IMG/VR virus record: IMGVR_UViG_3300042868_005641
Coordinates: 1-64,000 of that record
From: a virus
Length of the DNA: 64,000 nucleotides
Reading direction: 5' to 3' (one strand)
Numbering within the stretch: the stretch's first letter is position 1; every line of letters begins with the position of its first letter. The notes under the pieces are model-generated. The model ran no database searches. It was not told the DNA's origin and worked only from the letters and a program-made list of their open reading frames with translations. A program made the translations under genes and the position numbers. Of the stretch, positions 48,008 through 58,408 are shown piece by piece.

Positions 48008-49396
48008 ATGATTTATGAACCACTTGCACCATACACCATCGACGATGATCGTTTCAAAGGCAATATGTCCTCAGGTTGGATAACAGATCTCAACAGTTCC
48101 GACAGTCGCATCCACAAAGAAAAAGTGATTGAAAAAGCCTTGATGGCTGCAAAATTGGGCAGTGCCGACGCACAGTCTTTTTTGTTCAATTGCTATCAAG
48201 CATACAATCCTTTCTATACCTTCCATGTGAAACAAGTTCCGGAGACTCAAGGTCTTACAGGACGTGATAATCCCTGGCCAATGTTTTGGGGCTTGTTGGA
48301 AAGCCTGCGCACCCGTTCCAGCACAGGACATGCAGCCCGTGACTTCATGACTCGTGTGAGTGAAGAATTTGATAGTGAAGAATGGAACACAATCTGTGCG
48401 CCGGTGATACGCAAAGACCTGCGCTGTGGCATCAGTGAAAAGACATTGAACAAGGTGCTGGGCAACACACAATATCGTATTCCTGTGTTCTCATGCCAGC
48501 TGGCACAAGACTCTACAGATCGTCCGGCCAAGATGAAAGGAATCAAACGCCTGGAAGTCAAACTGGATGGCGTGCGAGTAATTGCTGTGGTCACCCAAGG
48601 TGGTTGTACATTGTACAGTCGCAACGGTAAACAGTTTGCAAACTTTCCACAGATTGCCGACGCTGTGATGGAATCACGTGCAGCACTAATAGCAAACTCT
48701 TCGCTGAAAGGCAGCTTCATCCTGGATGGTGAAGTGGTAGGAGAAAGTTTCCAAAAGCTCATGCGTCAAGCACATCGTAAGAGCAATGTCGAGACGTCCG
48801 ACACGGTATATCACATCTTTGATGCCATGCCGTTGAACGAGTTTATGGAAGGGCATTGCAATGCCAATCAAGCACGACGGCTTGAATGGTTGGAACACAG
48901 TCGAGATCGACTGATGGCCACAGACTGTTTACGCATCATGCAAGGCATTGACGTGGATTTAGACACTGCGGAAGGACATGACGTGATGAATCGTTATGCA
49001 CAGGATGCAGTAAAGGATGGGTTTGAAGGCATCATGATCAAAGATCTGTCTGCACCTTATGAATGCAAACGATCCAGCTTCTGGATGAAATGGAAACCCA
49101 CCATCACTGTGGATCTCAATATCGTGGGATTCGAAGAAGGAACTGGTCGCAATGCTGGCCGGTTAGGTGCTATAGTATGTGAAGGAGTTGATAATGACAG
49201 AAACATCAGAGTTAATGTTGGTAGCGGTTTGTCTGACAGCGATCGTGATGAGTATTGGGCTTCCCGGGATCAGTTACTTGGTCACGTGGTTGAAGTTGAA
49301 GCGGACGCAGTTACGCAAAACCAAGACGGAACATACAGTCTCCGATTCCCAAGATTCATGAGATTCCGTGGTTTTGACGCAGGAGATAAACTATGA
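48008..49396 (+). CDS. ATP-dependent DNA ligase
   Basis: VKLDGVR (motif I), LDGE, IFD, EGIMIK, WMKWK, OB-fold NVGSG, SLRFPRF. Confidence 0.95.
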   Translation: MIYEPLAPYTIDDDRFKGNMSSGWITDLNSSDSRIHKEKVIEKALMAAKLGSADAQSFLFNCYQAYNPFYTFHVKQVPETQGLTGRDNPWPMFWGLLESLRTRSSTGHAARDFMTRVSEEFDSEEWNTICAPVIRKDLRCGISEKTLNKVLGNTQYRIPVFSCQLAQDSTDRPAKMKGIKRLEVKLDGVRVIAVVTQGGCTLYSRNGKQFANFPQIADAVMESRAALIANSSLKGSFILDGEVVGESFQKLMRQAHRKSNVETSDTVYHIFDAMPLNEFMEGHCNANQARRLEWLEHSRDRLMATDCLRIMQGIDVDLDTAEGHDVMNRYAQDAVKDGFEGIMIKDLSAPYECKRSSFWMKWKPTITVDLNIVGFEEGTGRNAGRLGAIVCEGVDNDRNIRVNVGSGLSDSDRDEYWASRDQLLGHVVEVEADAVTQNQDGTYSLRFPRFMRFRGFDAGDKL

Positions 49397-49626
49397 GCAA
49401 ATTTAAAACCGTATACACAGAAGTTGAAGTTGATGTAGACATTAGTGAGTTTGAAACCGAGGATCTACTAGACGAACTAGAAGCACGTGGTCGACTGCCA
49501 GCTGATGCCGATGAGGATGCTAAAGCATTAATTGAAAAAATCTGGATGAAGCGTAGATTGGGCAAAGACAACTATCAAGAAGAATTGGGTCAGTTGATCT
49601 ATCAAGTGCTCGGGCATGTGGTATGA
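49393..49626 (+). CDS. Hypothetical protein
   Basis: AGGAG RBS; acidic N-terminal half. Confidence 0.65.
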   Translation: MSKFKTVYTEVEVDVDISEFETEDLLDELEARGRLPADADEDAKALIEKIWMKRRLGKDNYQEELGQLIYQVLGHVV

Positions 49627-49904
49627 TTGATCTAAACTTTTCAATTGAATATCCCTTTAGCAATCGCTTTAAAATGCTAGCGTCAACTAGCAAACGGTTG
49701 ACCAGGCATAAAGCAGTTGAAGCTAGTGCATATAAAACCACAAACATTATCACGCTGTCACTCAGTTACTGTATCAGACAGGATCATGCAGGCTTACGCA
49801 TAGTGCTTGGACTGATTGGGTACGAATGCCAATTGCACATTTACGATACTCGTCACTGGAACGACGAAACCAACAGTTGGGCAACGTATGATCATTTATC
49901 TTAA
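49623..49904 (+). CDS. Hypothetical protein
   Basis: ATGA coupling; YD.RHW motif. Confidence 0.6.
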   Translation: MIDLNFSIEYPFSNRFKMLASTSKRLTRHKAVEASAYKTTNIITLSLSYCIRQDHAGLRIVLGLIGYECQLHIYDTRHWNDETNSWATYDHLS

Positions 49905-50130
49905 TTGGTTTTTGTTTTTAACAGCCCTGATAGGATGAGGCTGGTTGGTGTTTGAAGAACACATGACCGCAGCTGAATTCCGTAAGGAATGCTGTGCAGT
50001 TGGTGAGCATCAATATACCAAACCCATGCGATGGTTGAGCTTGCCCAAGCCCAATGCACCAAGCGTATGGATGGTCTCGCAGCATTGTGCTCATTGTGGT
50101 AATTACAAAACTTGGATAGAAAATGATTAA
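49888..50130 (+). pseudogene. Small membrane/CxxC protein interrupted by one in-frame TGA
   Basis: MIIYLNWFLFLTALIG-TGA(49936)-GWLVFEEH... continues in frame into ORF 49945-50130. Confidence 0.45.
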
Positions 50131-50467
50131 CAACATTGATGACAGGATTACCTGCCCGGCTTGTGCCAAGGAAATAAGTGTTCTAGCACGACGTTGCCCT
50201 CATTGCACAACTGCAATCGAAACAGTGGCTGTGTATAGTATTGCACCCCACACTCCCATGGCCAAGATCGTTGGATTTTTGTTCGGCCTGGCAGTTAGTA
50301 TCATGGGAGGTGTGCTAGGCGCACATTTTGATATCAGTATAGTAACCACAGTGATTGTGTGTATAGTGTCTGGTATAGGAGTTGAGTGGTTGATCAGCAG
50401 GCACGGATTAGGTAGAACACTGGTAACCACAATAGGTGACAATCAAACCAGTATTAAACAACGATAA
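50123..50467 (+). CDS. Zinc-ribbon membrane protein
   Basis: CPAC...CPHC plus two hydrophobic helices. Confidence 0.65.
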   Translation: MINNIDDRITCPACAKEISVLARRCPHCTTAIETVAVYSIAPHTPMAKIVGFLFGLAVSIMGGVLGAHFDISIVTTVIVCIVSGIGVEWLISRHGLGRTLVTTIGDNQTSIKQR

Positions 50468-50481
50468 CTTAGGAGTAAAAT

Positions 50482-50694
50482 ATGGCAACAGCAAAAACAG
50501 TAAACAAACTCAGCGACAAGCTGGTCAAAGTGAATGATAACTTCTCAATCAACATGTACGACAACGGATTCATGGTTGAAATTGGTGGCCGCAACAAGAA
50601 AACTGATTACGTCAACGCCAAGATCTTATGTAACACACTGGAAGAAGTGCAGGCATTGGTAGCAGAAGCATGTGTTATGGAACGTGACAGCTAG
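50482..50694 (+). CDS. Hypothetical protein
   Basis: AGGAG RBS; YDNGFMVE. Confidence 0.65.
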   Translation: MATAKTVNKLSDKLVKVNDNFSINMYDNGFMVEIGGRNKKTDYVNAKILCNTLEEVQALVAEACVMERDS

Positions 50695-50697
50695 GTC

Positions 50698-51795
50698 ATG
50701 AATTCGCCTAATGTCGGACTCTATATAAATTACGAAACCAGTCATTTATTAGAAAATCAATTTTCTCCAAATTGTAAAATATATCGAGATTATCTTGACG
50801 ATCAAGATCGTGATGTATTTTTAAAATCCACACATGATCAATACATTGCAGTTTTGACCATGTTTCCCTTTCATGACGGATGGGCAGATCAAATTAACCC
50901 ATTGATTGCTCGTTGTGATCATGTGTTTATAATCTGCACAGAAGTTTTACTTCCTATTGTTGATTTTATCCAAGCTCATGATCATCACAACATCACTTAT
51001 TATCTTTGTGGACATTTGAATTTTGAATTAAAACACAGTGCTGTACATCAGTACATGTATTGGTTTGATAACACTACAGATTTTTATCGTAACTGGCTTC
51101 CTGAACTGTTGCATAGACTACATCCGTTCGACACAAAAAGATCGAGTTTTGATATCTTATTAGGATCTCGACGAGAGCACAGAAATTTCATATTTGAGCA
51201 GGCAATAAAAAATCCCGCATCTTACGTTCTGACATATTTTAAAAATCTATTAAGTTGGAGACTGTTACAGCAATCTGAATGGGAACAGCAAGGAGTCAAG
51301 ATAAATCAAACTCCAAGTATCACAGTGGAGAAAGTTGAGTATTACGGACGTGAAATTAGTCTAAGTCAAATTATTCCGTTTAAGATTTATAATCAAACTG
51401 CATACTCTGTGGTTGCAGAAAGTGCTATACAAAATCACTTTTCACTGTTTTCAGAAAAAGTAGTCAAACCAATAATGGCACGTAGATTGTTTGTGATGTT
51501 TAGTGGAAAGGGATATCTAGCCAATTTAAGAAAATTAGGATTTCAAACATTTGGTAACATCATCGACGAAAGTTATGATGACTTGGATAACAACACTGAG
51601 AGATGGCAACATGCATGGGATCAAGTTGAGTGGTTAAATCAACAATCACAAGAACTTGTACTAGAAAAGATACGTCCAATTGTGGAACATAATTTTTCAG
51701 TTATGATGAATACAGATTGGTATGGAATATTTAGACAACAATTAACGCAGGACTTTATTAATAATTTAATTACTACAGGAAAACAAAATGCTTAG
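50698..51795 (+). CDS. GT-B/GT10-like hypothetical protein (paralog 3 of 4)
   Basis: YSVVAES...SEKVVKP...LFV...LRKLGFQTF..IIDESYD. Confidence 0.55.
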   Translation: MNSPNVGLYINYETSHLLENQFSPNCKIYRDYLDDQDRDVFLKSTHDQYIAVLTMFPFHDGWADQINPLIARCDHVFIICTEVLLPIVDFIQAHDHHNITYYLCGHLNFELKHSAVHQYMYWFDNTTDFYRNWLPELLHRLHPFDTKRSSFDILLGSRREHRNFIFEQAIKNPASYVLTYFKNLLSWRLLQQSEWEQQGVKINQTPSITVEKVEYYGREISLSQIIPFKIYNQTAYSVVAESAIQNHFSLFSEKVVKPIMARRLFVMFSGKGYLANLRKLGFQTFGNIIDESYDDLDNNTERWQHAWDQVEWLNQQSQELVLEKIRPIVEHNFSVMMNTDWYGIFRQQLTQDFINNLITTGKQNA

Positions 51796-52087
51796 AAATC
51801 CACGTGACCTAACCAACGAAGAAATTGAAGAATGCATTGACGGTAGCAGCGATGTCGGCATGATACGTGAAATTATCTCCATGGAAGATGTGTACAATGA
51901 AGATAGCACACACTTGCATGAAGAAAACTTTGCCACACGTTTTGCTTATGCAATCGAAGGCTTTATTGATGCAGATCCAGAAACCGAAGCCTGGTCCGAA
52001 GCATGGGATAACAACTACGAATGGGGCCTAAGCATTGCTGAAAATATCAATGATGTGTTGACCGTAGATGTTGACAGCACCGATTGA
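51788..52087 (+). CDS. Very acidic small protein
   Basis: 27 D/E against 4 R and no K in 99 aa; AGGA RBS. Confidence 0.7.
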   Translation: MLRNPRDLTNEEIEECIDGSSDVGMIREIISMEDVYNEDSTHLHEENFATRFAYAIEGFIDADPETEAWSEAWDNNYEWGLSIAENINDVLTVDVDSTD

Positions 52088-52099
52088 AACTGCTATAAT
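52071..52099 (+). promoter_or_regulatory. Perfect-consensus sigma70 promoter
   Basis: TTGACA-N17-TATAAT with TG extension. Confidence 0.9.
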
Positions 52100-52104
52100 T
52101 ACTA

Positions 52105-52291
52105 TGCATGGGCAAGGAGGTAGAGTAGCTCAATGGTGCTTGCGGGATAGATCTCTAACCCGGGCCTGCAGGCATCCGTGGCATGTGAGCGTAAGTCTTT
52201 AAGGTTGCGACTAAGACCTCGATTGAAAAATCAAAACCAGGCTGGTACCCTGGGAGTATGCCAAGAGGAATAATCTGGAAAGGATATGTAA
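52105..52291 (+). ncRNA. Candidate structured RNA (leader or ncRNA)
   Basis: About 190 nt with no convincing ORF after a consensus promoter; several helices, including a multi-way junction with a GAAA tetraloop. Confidence 0.4.
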
Positions 52292-52627
52292 ATGTCTATT
52301 GAAGTTGGGATCTCTGCGTCGAGCATGTCCGAATCACTCAATTCGCTTAAAGTAACGCCCTTGCCCATGCACCGTATTTTTGTGGAGATTGGCAGTACCG
52401 AGATTTGGTACAAGATCATTGCCGAAGCCAATCGTGAATTTGGTATTCGCGGCTGGAGCGGACAATCGGGTACCAAACGTCGGCTAGATCGTCAGAATCA
52501 CATGTGGCCGTCTGCACTCAAAACCACCATACGTGTGTGGTTTGACGTGCCTGATGAAAAGTTTGCCACTTGGATTGCTATAAAGTATCCAGTAACTGTT
52601 CTAGCACCACCGGCAACCAAAATATGA
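52292..52627 (+). CDS. Hypothetical protein
   Basis: AAGGA RBS; VWFDVPD..FATW motif. Confidence 0.65.
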   Translation: MSIEVGISASSMSESLNSLKVTPLPMHRIFVEIGSTEIWYKIIAEANREFGIRGWSGQSGTKRRLDRQNHMWPSALKTTIRVWFDVPDEKFATWIAIKYPVTVLAPPATKI

Positions 52628-53628
52628 AACTATATGAATCTTTTGTAAAATTTGACCACGTTAACAAAAGCTATGATGGCAAAACTCTGGTGGTACAAGA
52701 TCTATCTCTTGACGTTCGGCCAGGAGAATTTCTAACCTTGCTGGGCCCGTCAGGGTCGGGTAAAACCACTGCATTGATGATGCTGGCTGGATTTGAAAAT
52801 CCCACCGCCGGTGAGATATATCTCAATGGTAATCCTATTGTACACATTGCGCCCGAGCATCGGAATATTGGCATGGTGTTTCAGAACTATGCCTTGTTTC
52901 CGCACATGACTGTGGCTGAGAATATAAGATTTCCATTAAAGGTACGTGGTATAGTAGGCAACACCGCTAATGATAAAATTACTGCTATATTGAGCAAGGT
53001 AGGACTAACAGGGTTTGAGAATCGTCGGCCATCACAACTATCTGGTGGACAACAACAACGAGTGGCAGTGGCACGAGCATTGGTGTTTGATCCGCAATTG
53101 GTATTGATGGATGAACCATTGTCATCCCTGGACAAACAATTACGAGAACAATTGCAATATGAGATCAAAAATCTACATAGAGCAACAGGTATCACGTTTG
53201 TGTATGTGACACATGATCAAACTGAAGCAATGTACATGTCAGATCGCGTGGCAGTATTTCATCAAGGACGTATACAGCAAATTGGCACACCATCTCAATT
53301 GTATGAATCCCCGGCCAATATGTTTGTGGCACAGTTCATTGGCGAAAATAACATTATAAAATCTTTCAATAATCTACACAATGTTTGTGTTCGCCCTGAA
53401 CGAGTTCAACTCGACCCGGTTGATGCAGTTGATATACTAGTCAACGGCACTGTGCTCGATGTAACTTATCTAGGACGGTATATCCGCATACAGTTAGATT
53501 CATGTGGTCTTGACAATTTTACTGTGACCCTGGCAAATACTGGGCAACTTTTAAATTTGCAAGTTGGAAGAATAGTCAAACTAGGATGGAATTTTGCTGA
53601 TTGCCGCACATTCGCTCCAGCAGAATAA
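52624..53628 (+). CDS. potA: Polyamine-type ABC transporter ATP-binding subunit
   Basis: GPSGSGKT, FQNYALFPH, LSGGQQQR, LMDEP, VTHDQ, C-terminal TOBE-like domain. Confidence 0.85.
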   Translation: MKLYESFVKFDHVNKSYDGKTLVVQDLSLDVRPGEFLTLLGPSGSGKTTALMMLAGFENPTAGEIYLNGNPIVHIAPEHRNIGMVFQNYALFPHMTVAENIRFPLKVRGIVGNTANDKITAILSKVGLTGFENRRPSQLSGGQQQRVAVARALVFDPQLVLMDEPLSSLDKQLREQLQYEIKNLHRATGITFVYVTHDQTEAMYMSDRVAVFHQGRIQQIGTPSQLYESPANMFVAQFIGENNIIKSFNNLHNVCVRPERVQLDPVDAVDILVNGTVLDVTYLGRYIRIQLDSCGLDNFTVTLANTGQLLNLQVGRIVKLGWNFADCRTFAPAE

Positions 53629-53632
53629 ATTT

Positions 53633-54820
53633 ATGAGTTTGACTCAACATACCCGTGCGTATGCACTAATTGCGCCATTGCTGCTTTTTGTTGTTGTGAG
53701 CTTTATCCTTCCGCTTGGAATGATACTGGTCAACAGCATTTATGATCCTGTGATACCCAATGGATTACCTCGTACTGTATCCGCACTTGAAACATGGGAT
53801 GGTGCCCCGACTCAAGTTCCTCCTGAGCATGTGTATGCTGCGTTGGCACAGGATCTCAAACAAGCAGTTGAACAACAAAAAATTGGTTCAATTGCCAATC
53901 GATTAAACATTGAAGAACCTGGGTTACGCACCATCCTTACTAGGACTGCAACACAACTCGATTATCAAATTACAGGCCCATGGGCACCTGCATTTGAAGC
54001 TGTTAATCCTGCATGGGCTCGCCCAGAAATTTGGGGTACAATAAGAAATCTTTCATCATCTACCCATTTGTTGTTTTTCTTGTCTGCATTGGATTTACAT
54101 CAATTGCCCGACGGGACTGTGGCAAGGAAACCTGAAGATCAACGTATCTATATCAAGATCTATCTACGCACCTTGGGAGTAGCAGCAACTGTAACTGCAA
54201 TATGTATGTTGTTGGGATTTCCACTGGCGTATATGTTAGCGCACCTTAAAGAAAAAACAGCTAACATACTATTAATTTTGGTGTTGCTACCATTGTGGAC
54301 GTCGCTATTGGTACGTACTACAATTTGGATGGTAATGCTGCAAAAAGAAGGAATAGTAAATTGGCTGTTACAACGTTTGGACATTATCTCTAGCCCAATG
54401 CAGTTGATATTTAATCAAAGTGGAGTTATAATTGCAATGACGTATATTTTATTGCCTTTTATGATTTTACCTATGTATTCAGCGATGCGGCAGATTCCTG
54501 CACAGTATGTGAATGCAGCACGATCATTAGGAGCCAGTTCAGCAACTGCGTTTTTTCGTGTGTACTTGCCACAATGCATGACTGGTGTTGGTGCCGGTAT
54601 GCTATTGGTATTTGTTCTTTCTTTAGGATACTATATAACACCTGATCTGATAGGCGGGTCCACAGAACAAATGATCAGTTATTTTATAGCAGACAACATA
54701 GGCCGGTCCCTAAATTGGGGGCTAGCATCAGCCCTGTCTGTTATTTTACTTGCTGCTGTGTTACCGTTGTATGTGGTATATGATCGTGTGATTAGTAACA
54801 ATAGATTTAAAATTCAATAA
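53633..54820 (+). CDS. Polyamine-type ABC permease (PotB-like)
   Basis: LPLWTSLLVR, LPFMILP.Y, AARSLGA, YYITP.LIGG. Confidence 0.85.
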   Translation: MSLTQHTRAYALIAPLLLFVVVSFILPLGMILVNSIYDPVIPNGLPRTVSALETWDGAPTQVPPEHVYAALAQDLKQAVEQQKIGSIANRLNIEEPGLRTILTRTATQLDYQITGPWAPAFEAVNPAWARPEIWGTIRNLSSSTHLLFFLSALDLHQLPDGTVARKPEDQRIYIKIYLRTLGVAATVTAICMLLGFPLAYMLAHLKEKTANILLILVLLPLWTSLLVRTTIWMVMLQKEGIVNWLLQRLDIISSPMQLIFNQSGVIIAMTYILLPFMILPMYSAMRQIPAQYVNAARSLGASSATAFFRVYLPQCMTGVGAGMLLVFVLSLGYYITPDLIGGSTEQMISYFIADNIGRSLNWGLASALSVILLAAVLPLYVVYDRVISNNRFKIQ

Positions 54821-54828
54821 ACTATATC

Positions 54829-55644
54829 ATGCAAATTGTTGGAAAAATTTTACTTTATTTGATTGCTGCTGCGGTGTTGTTATTCTTGATTGCACCAATC
54901 CTACTAGTAATGCCATTGGCATTTACTCAATCGTCATATTTCCAGTTTCCAATTGAAGCATACAGTCTACGCTGGTTTGAAGAATTATTTAGTAGTCCAA
55001 TTTGGTTACATGCCATATACAACAGCATTGTGATTGCATTGATGTCTACATTACTAGCAGTATCTTTGGGCACATTGGCTGCAATGGGACTAAATCATAA
55101 TGACTTGCCGGGCAAACGTTTTGTCATGGCAGTTTTAATCTCACCAATGATTGTGCCAGTTGTGGTGCTGGCAGTTGGATCTTACTTTTTTTATTCTAAA
55201 TTGGGCATTGCTAACAATTTATTGAGTATTGTGTTGATTCATGCAGTGTTAGGCATGCCATTTGTGGTGATCACCGTAACTGCTGCACTGGCTGGATTTG
55301 ACATGAAACAAGTGTGGGCTGCACGTGGGTTAGGGGCATCTGCCTGGCAGGCTTTTTGTTATGTAATGTTTCCGGCAATTTGGCCAGGTGTGGTATCTGG
55401 TGCTCTATTTGCATTTGTTATGTCCTTTGACGAAGTAATTGCAGTATTGTTTTTGGGCGGGCCTGAGCAAACTACATTACCAAGACAGATGTGGGAAGGA
55501 CTTCGTGAGCAACTGTCGCCGACTATTCTTTCAGCTGCGTTCGTGATAATTTCTATAACCACAATTATATTGCTGCTAGAAACACTACGCCATCACAGAA
55601 CTGTAAAGTACACAGTCACTGTGCCATTATTACCTGGTAAATAA
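54829..55644 (+). CDS. Polyamine-type ABC permease (PotC-like)
   Basis: SLRWF, SPMIVP, AARGLGA, SFDEV, TLP. Confidence 0.85.
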   Translation: MQIVGKILLYLIAAAVLLFLIAPILLVMPLAFTQSSYFQFPIEAYSLRWFEELFSSPIWLHAIYNSIVIALMSTLLAVSLGTLAAMGLNHNDLPGKRFVMAVLISPMIVPVVVLAVGSYFFYSKLGIANNLLSIVLIHAVLGMPFVVITVTAALAGFDMKQVWAARGLGASAWQAFCYVMFPAIWPGVVSGALFAFVMSFDEVIAVLFLGGPEQTTLPRQMWEGLREQLSPTILSAAFVIISITTIILLLETLRHHRTVKYTVTVPLLPGK

Positions 55645-55648
55645 TCTT

Positions 55649-57205
55649 ATGTTTCTTAGTCTCATTACTTTAGCTGTGGCATTGAGCCTTAGCGTTATTG
55701 CTGCATATTACAGCATTGCTGGCCTGGCTGCTATATTTGCAGCGGCTGTGGTACCCATCATGATCATGGGATCTGTGCTGGAATTGGCCAAAGTTGTGGT
55801 CACATTGTGGCTGCATGAATACTGGTCACGCTGCCGCTGGTTGATGAAATTATATCTAGTACCGGCTGTGGGCATGTTGATGTTGATAACGTCAATGGGT
55901 ATCTTTGGATTCCTATCAAAAGCACACAGCGATCAAAGTCTAGTATCAGGTGACGTGATAGCAAAGATTGCTGTGTATGATGAAAAAATCAAGACTGAAA
56001 AGGAAAACATAGATGTTAGCCGTAAATCCCTTAAACAAATGGATGAAGCTGTGGACCAAGTTATGGGTCGTAGCTCAGACGAAAAAGGTGCAGACAAAGC
56101 TGTGGCTGTGCGCCGTGGCCAACAAAAGGAGCGTCAGCGCCTGCTTGCGGAAATTTCTGAAAGCCAAACACGCATTTCAGCACTTAACGAACAACGTGCC
56201 CCAATTGCCGCCGAAGTTCGCAAGGTTGAAGCAGAAGTAGGCCCAATCAAGTACATTGCAGCATTAATCTATGGAGACAATCCGGAGATTAATGTGTTAG
56301 AACGTTCTGTACGTTGGGTGATTATACTGCTGGTATGTGTGTTTGATCCACTGGCCATCATGATGCTGCTGTCTGCAACCGAAAGTCTCAAGTGGGCTCG
56401 TAAACCGCCAATGAAGGAAATATCCGAAGATGGGCACAAGACACCATGGTCTGAACCTGTAGTAGAAGAATATGTTAAATGGCCTGGGGGGTGTGGGCCT
56501 ACTGAAACAGTAGCAGAAAAAGAATTTGATATCAATGATCATCCGTACTTGTTTACACCGCCAGGGAATCGTACTCCGCCAGGCGTAGAACCTGCCCCAA
56601 TACAAGTATATCGGCCCAGCGATCCAGAACTTGATCCTTGCTATAAATGTGGTACACCATTGATGAATGCTCCGGGCATTGGTCCTTTTTGTCCAAATCG
56701 AGAATGTGATGTATCCGATGGACCATTCTTGCATGAACAGGAACCTATCAAAATCAAATATATTTCACCAACTGCTCATCTCGAAGATGAGCATGACGAA
56801 GATGAAAGTGTTGAGATCAAAAATGCCAAATCACAATGGAAAGCTGACAATCCTGGTGATACATTAAAACGCCATAGACGTTTGCTGGAAGTGGGAGTGA
56901 TAGATCAACTGCCGTGGATAACGTATCTGGACAAAGCGCCCGAATCAGGGTTTGGCAACGTGCTTCCTGAACACGGAAACAAGGGCGACACATTTATGTC
57001 CACCATTGGCATTCCACATCGACTGTACAAACACAATGGATTTGAATGGATCAGAATTGACAATACTCAACAAGATAACTATACTTACGACACAGCTTAT
57101 ATTGATCACTTGATCAGTCAAATTGATCAAGGATTGTATGATCCTGATCAACTGAGTGACAGCGAACGTGAACAGATTGAACAACGTATAACACAACCCA
57201 AATGA
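55649..57205 (+). CDS. Membrane protein with coiled coil and cysteine cluster
   Basis: Several N-terminal hydrophobic helices, coiled coil, VFDPLA helix, CYKC...CPNREC; TAAATA upstream. Confidence 0.6.
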   Translation: MFLSLITLAVALSLSVIAAYYSIAGLAAIFAAAVVPIMIMGSVLELAKVVVTLWLHEYWSRCRWLMKLYLVPAVGMLMLITSMGIFGFLSKAHSDQSLVSGDVIAKIAVYDEKIKTEKENIDVSRKSLKQMDEAVDQVMGRSSDEKGADKAVAVRRGQQKERQRLLAEISESQTRISALNEQRAPIAAEVRKVEAEVGPIKYIAALIYGDNPEINVLERSVRWVIILLVCVFDPLAIMMLLSATESLKWARKPPMKEISEDGHKTPWSEPVVEEYVKWPGGCGPTETVAEKEFDINDHPYLFTPPGNRTPPGVEPAPIQVYRPSDPELDPCYKCGTPLMNAPGIGPFCPNRECDVSDGPFLHEQEPIKIKYISPTAHLEDEHDEDESVEIKNAKSQWKADNPGDTLKRHRRLLEVGVIDQLPWITYLDKAPESGFGNVLPEHGNKGDTFMSTIGIPHRLYKHNGFEWIRIDNTQQDNYTYDTAYIDHLISQIDQGLYDPDQLSDSEREQIEQRITQPK

Positions 57206-58404
57206 CCAAAGAAACATATACATCTTGCAGCTTCTGCGGCAAAAACAAAGACTCGGTAAAAAAATTAATTGTTGGAGAATACGCAGGTATCTGCAACGAG
57301 TGTGTGGATTTTTGCCAAGACTTACTCAAAGACGAGGCAGTGCCCTTGGCACCGCCTCCACCATCAGACAAGATGGATCCTGTTGCATTAAAGAATTATC
57401 TGGATCAATATGTGATCGGCCAACACGCTGCTAAAATCATGCTGGCAGTAGCCATTGTGAATCATTACAAACGCATCAGCAAGACCACAACAGAGCCTGA
57501 ACTAGACAAAGCCAACATCCTGATGTTAGGACCCACCGGCTCGGGCAAGACCTTATTGGCCAAGAGTGTAGCACGATATCTTGATGTACCGTTCGCTATT
57601 GCAGATGCCACAAGCATTACAGAAGCAGGTTATGTAGGTGACGATGTGGAGAGCTTGATCAGCAGACTGTATGCAGCATCGGGCAATGACGTGGCCAAAA
57701 CACAGCAAGGTATTGTGTTTGTGGACGAGATTGACAAGATTTCACGCAAAGGTGAAAGTACCAGCATCACACGGGACGTATCGGGTGAAGGTGTACAGCA
57801 AGCCTTGTTAAAAATGGTAGAAGGTACCATCTGCCGTGTGAGTGCCGGAGGCGGCCGCAAGCATCCCGGCGGTGAGATGATTGAGATTGATACCAAGAAT
57901 ATTTTGTTCATTGCAGGCGGTGCATTTGTAGGACTAGACAGCATTGTAAAGAATCGTGTGCAAGGCACAAGTATTGGGTTTAATGCGCGAGTAGAAGCCA
58001 ACATGGATACAGATCTGGACATGACCACCCCGGACGATCTAGTGAAGTTTGGAATGATTCCAGAGTTTGTTGGGCGTTTTCCAAATTGGGTTAGTCTCAA
58101 AGAACTCTCAAAAGCAGACTTGATCCGCATCCTTACTGAAGTCAAGAACAACTACATTGAGCAGTATCATTGGTTGTTTAAAGAAGATGGCGTGGAGTTG
58201 ACCTTTACAGAACCTGCACTGGACCTCATTGCTGAACACACCCTGGCCAACAAAACCGGTGCTCGTGGACTGCATTCTGAACTGGAACGCACCTTGATTC
58301 CGCACATGTTTAATCTACGTCGCTACGCAAGCACAGGTATCAAGTGTGTGGAAATTGATCCTGCACAAGTGAACAAACCAACTGCATTAACTGGTACAGA
58401 CTGA
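57202..58404 (+). CDS. clpX: ATP-dependent Clp protease ATPase subunit ClpX
   Basis: CSFC...CNEC zinc domain, [36 protein letters not shown] loop, IGF loop, GARGL. Confidence 0.96.
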   Translation: MTKETYTSCSFCGKNKDSVKKLIVGEYAGICNECVDFCQDLLKDEAVPLAPPPPSDKMDPVALKNYLDQYVIGQHAAKIMLAVAIVNHYKRISKTTTEPELDKANILMLGPTGSGKTLLAKSVARYLDVPFAIADATSITEAGYVGDDVESLISRLYAASGNDVAKTQQGIVFVDEIDKISRKGESTSITRDVSGEGVQQALLKMVEGTICRVSAGGGRKHPGGEMIEIDTKNILFIAGGAFVGLDSIVKNRVQGTSIGFNARVEANMDTDLDMTTPDDLVKFGMIPEFVGRFPNWVSLKELSKADLIRILTEVKNNYIEQYHWLFKEDGVELTFTEPALDLIAEHTLANKTGARGLHSELERTLIPHMFNLRRYASTGIKCVEIDPAQVNKPTALTGTD

Positions 58405-58408
58405 TGCC

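Noticed and set aside
52119-52200. tRNA, suggested by GTAGCTCAATGGT (D-arm-like) and CTCTAA (amber-anticodon-like)
   Set aside because: No matching D-stem partner, anticodon stem, TTC T-loop or acceptor stem. Kept only as an unclassified structured RNA candidate.
11214-58151. Long antisense ORFs such as 11214-11633, 15617-16033, 46049-46474, 48247-48762 and 57630-58151
   Set aside because: They lie wholly opposite well-supported genes and have no recognisable motifs; treated as shadow ORFs.
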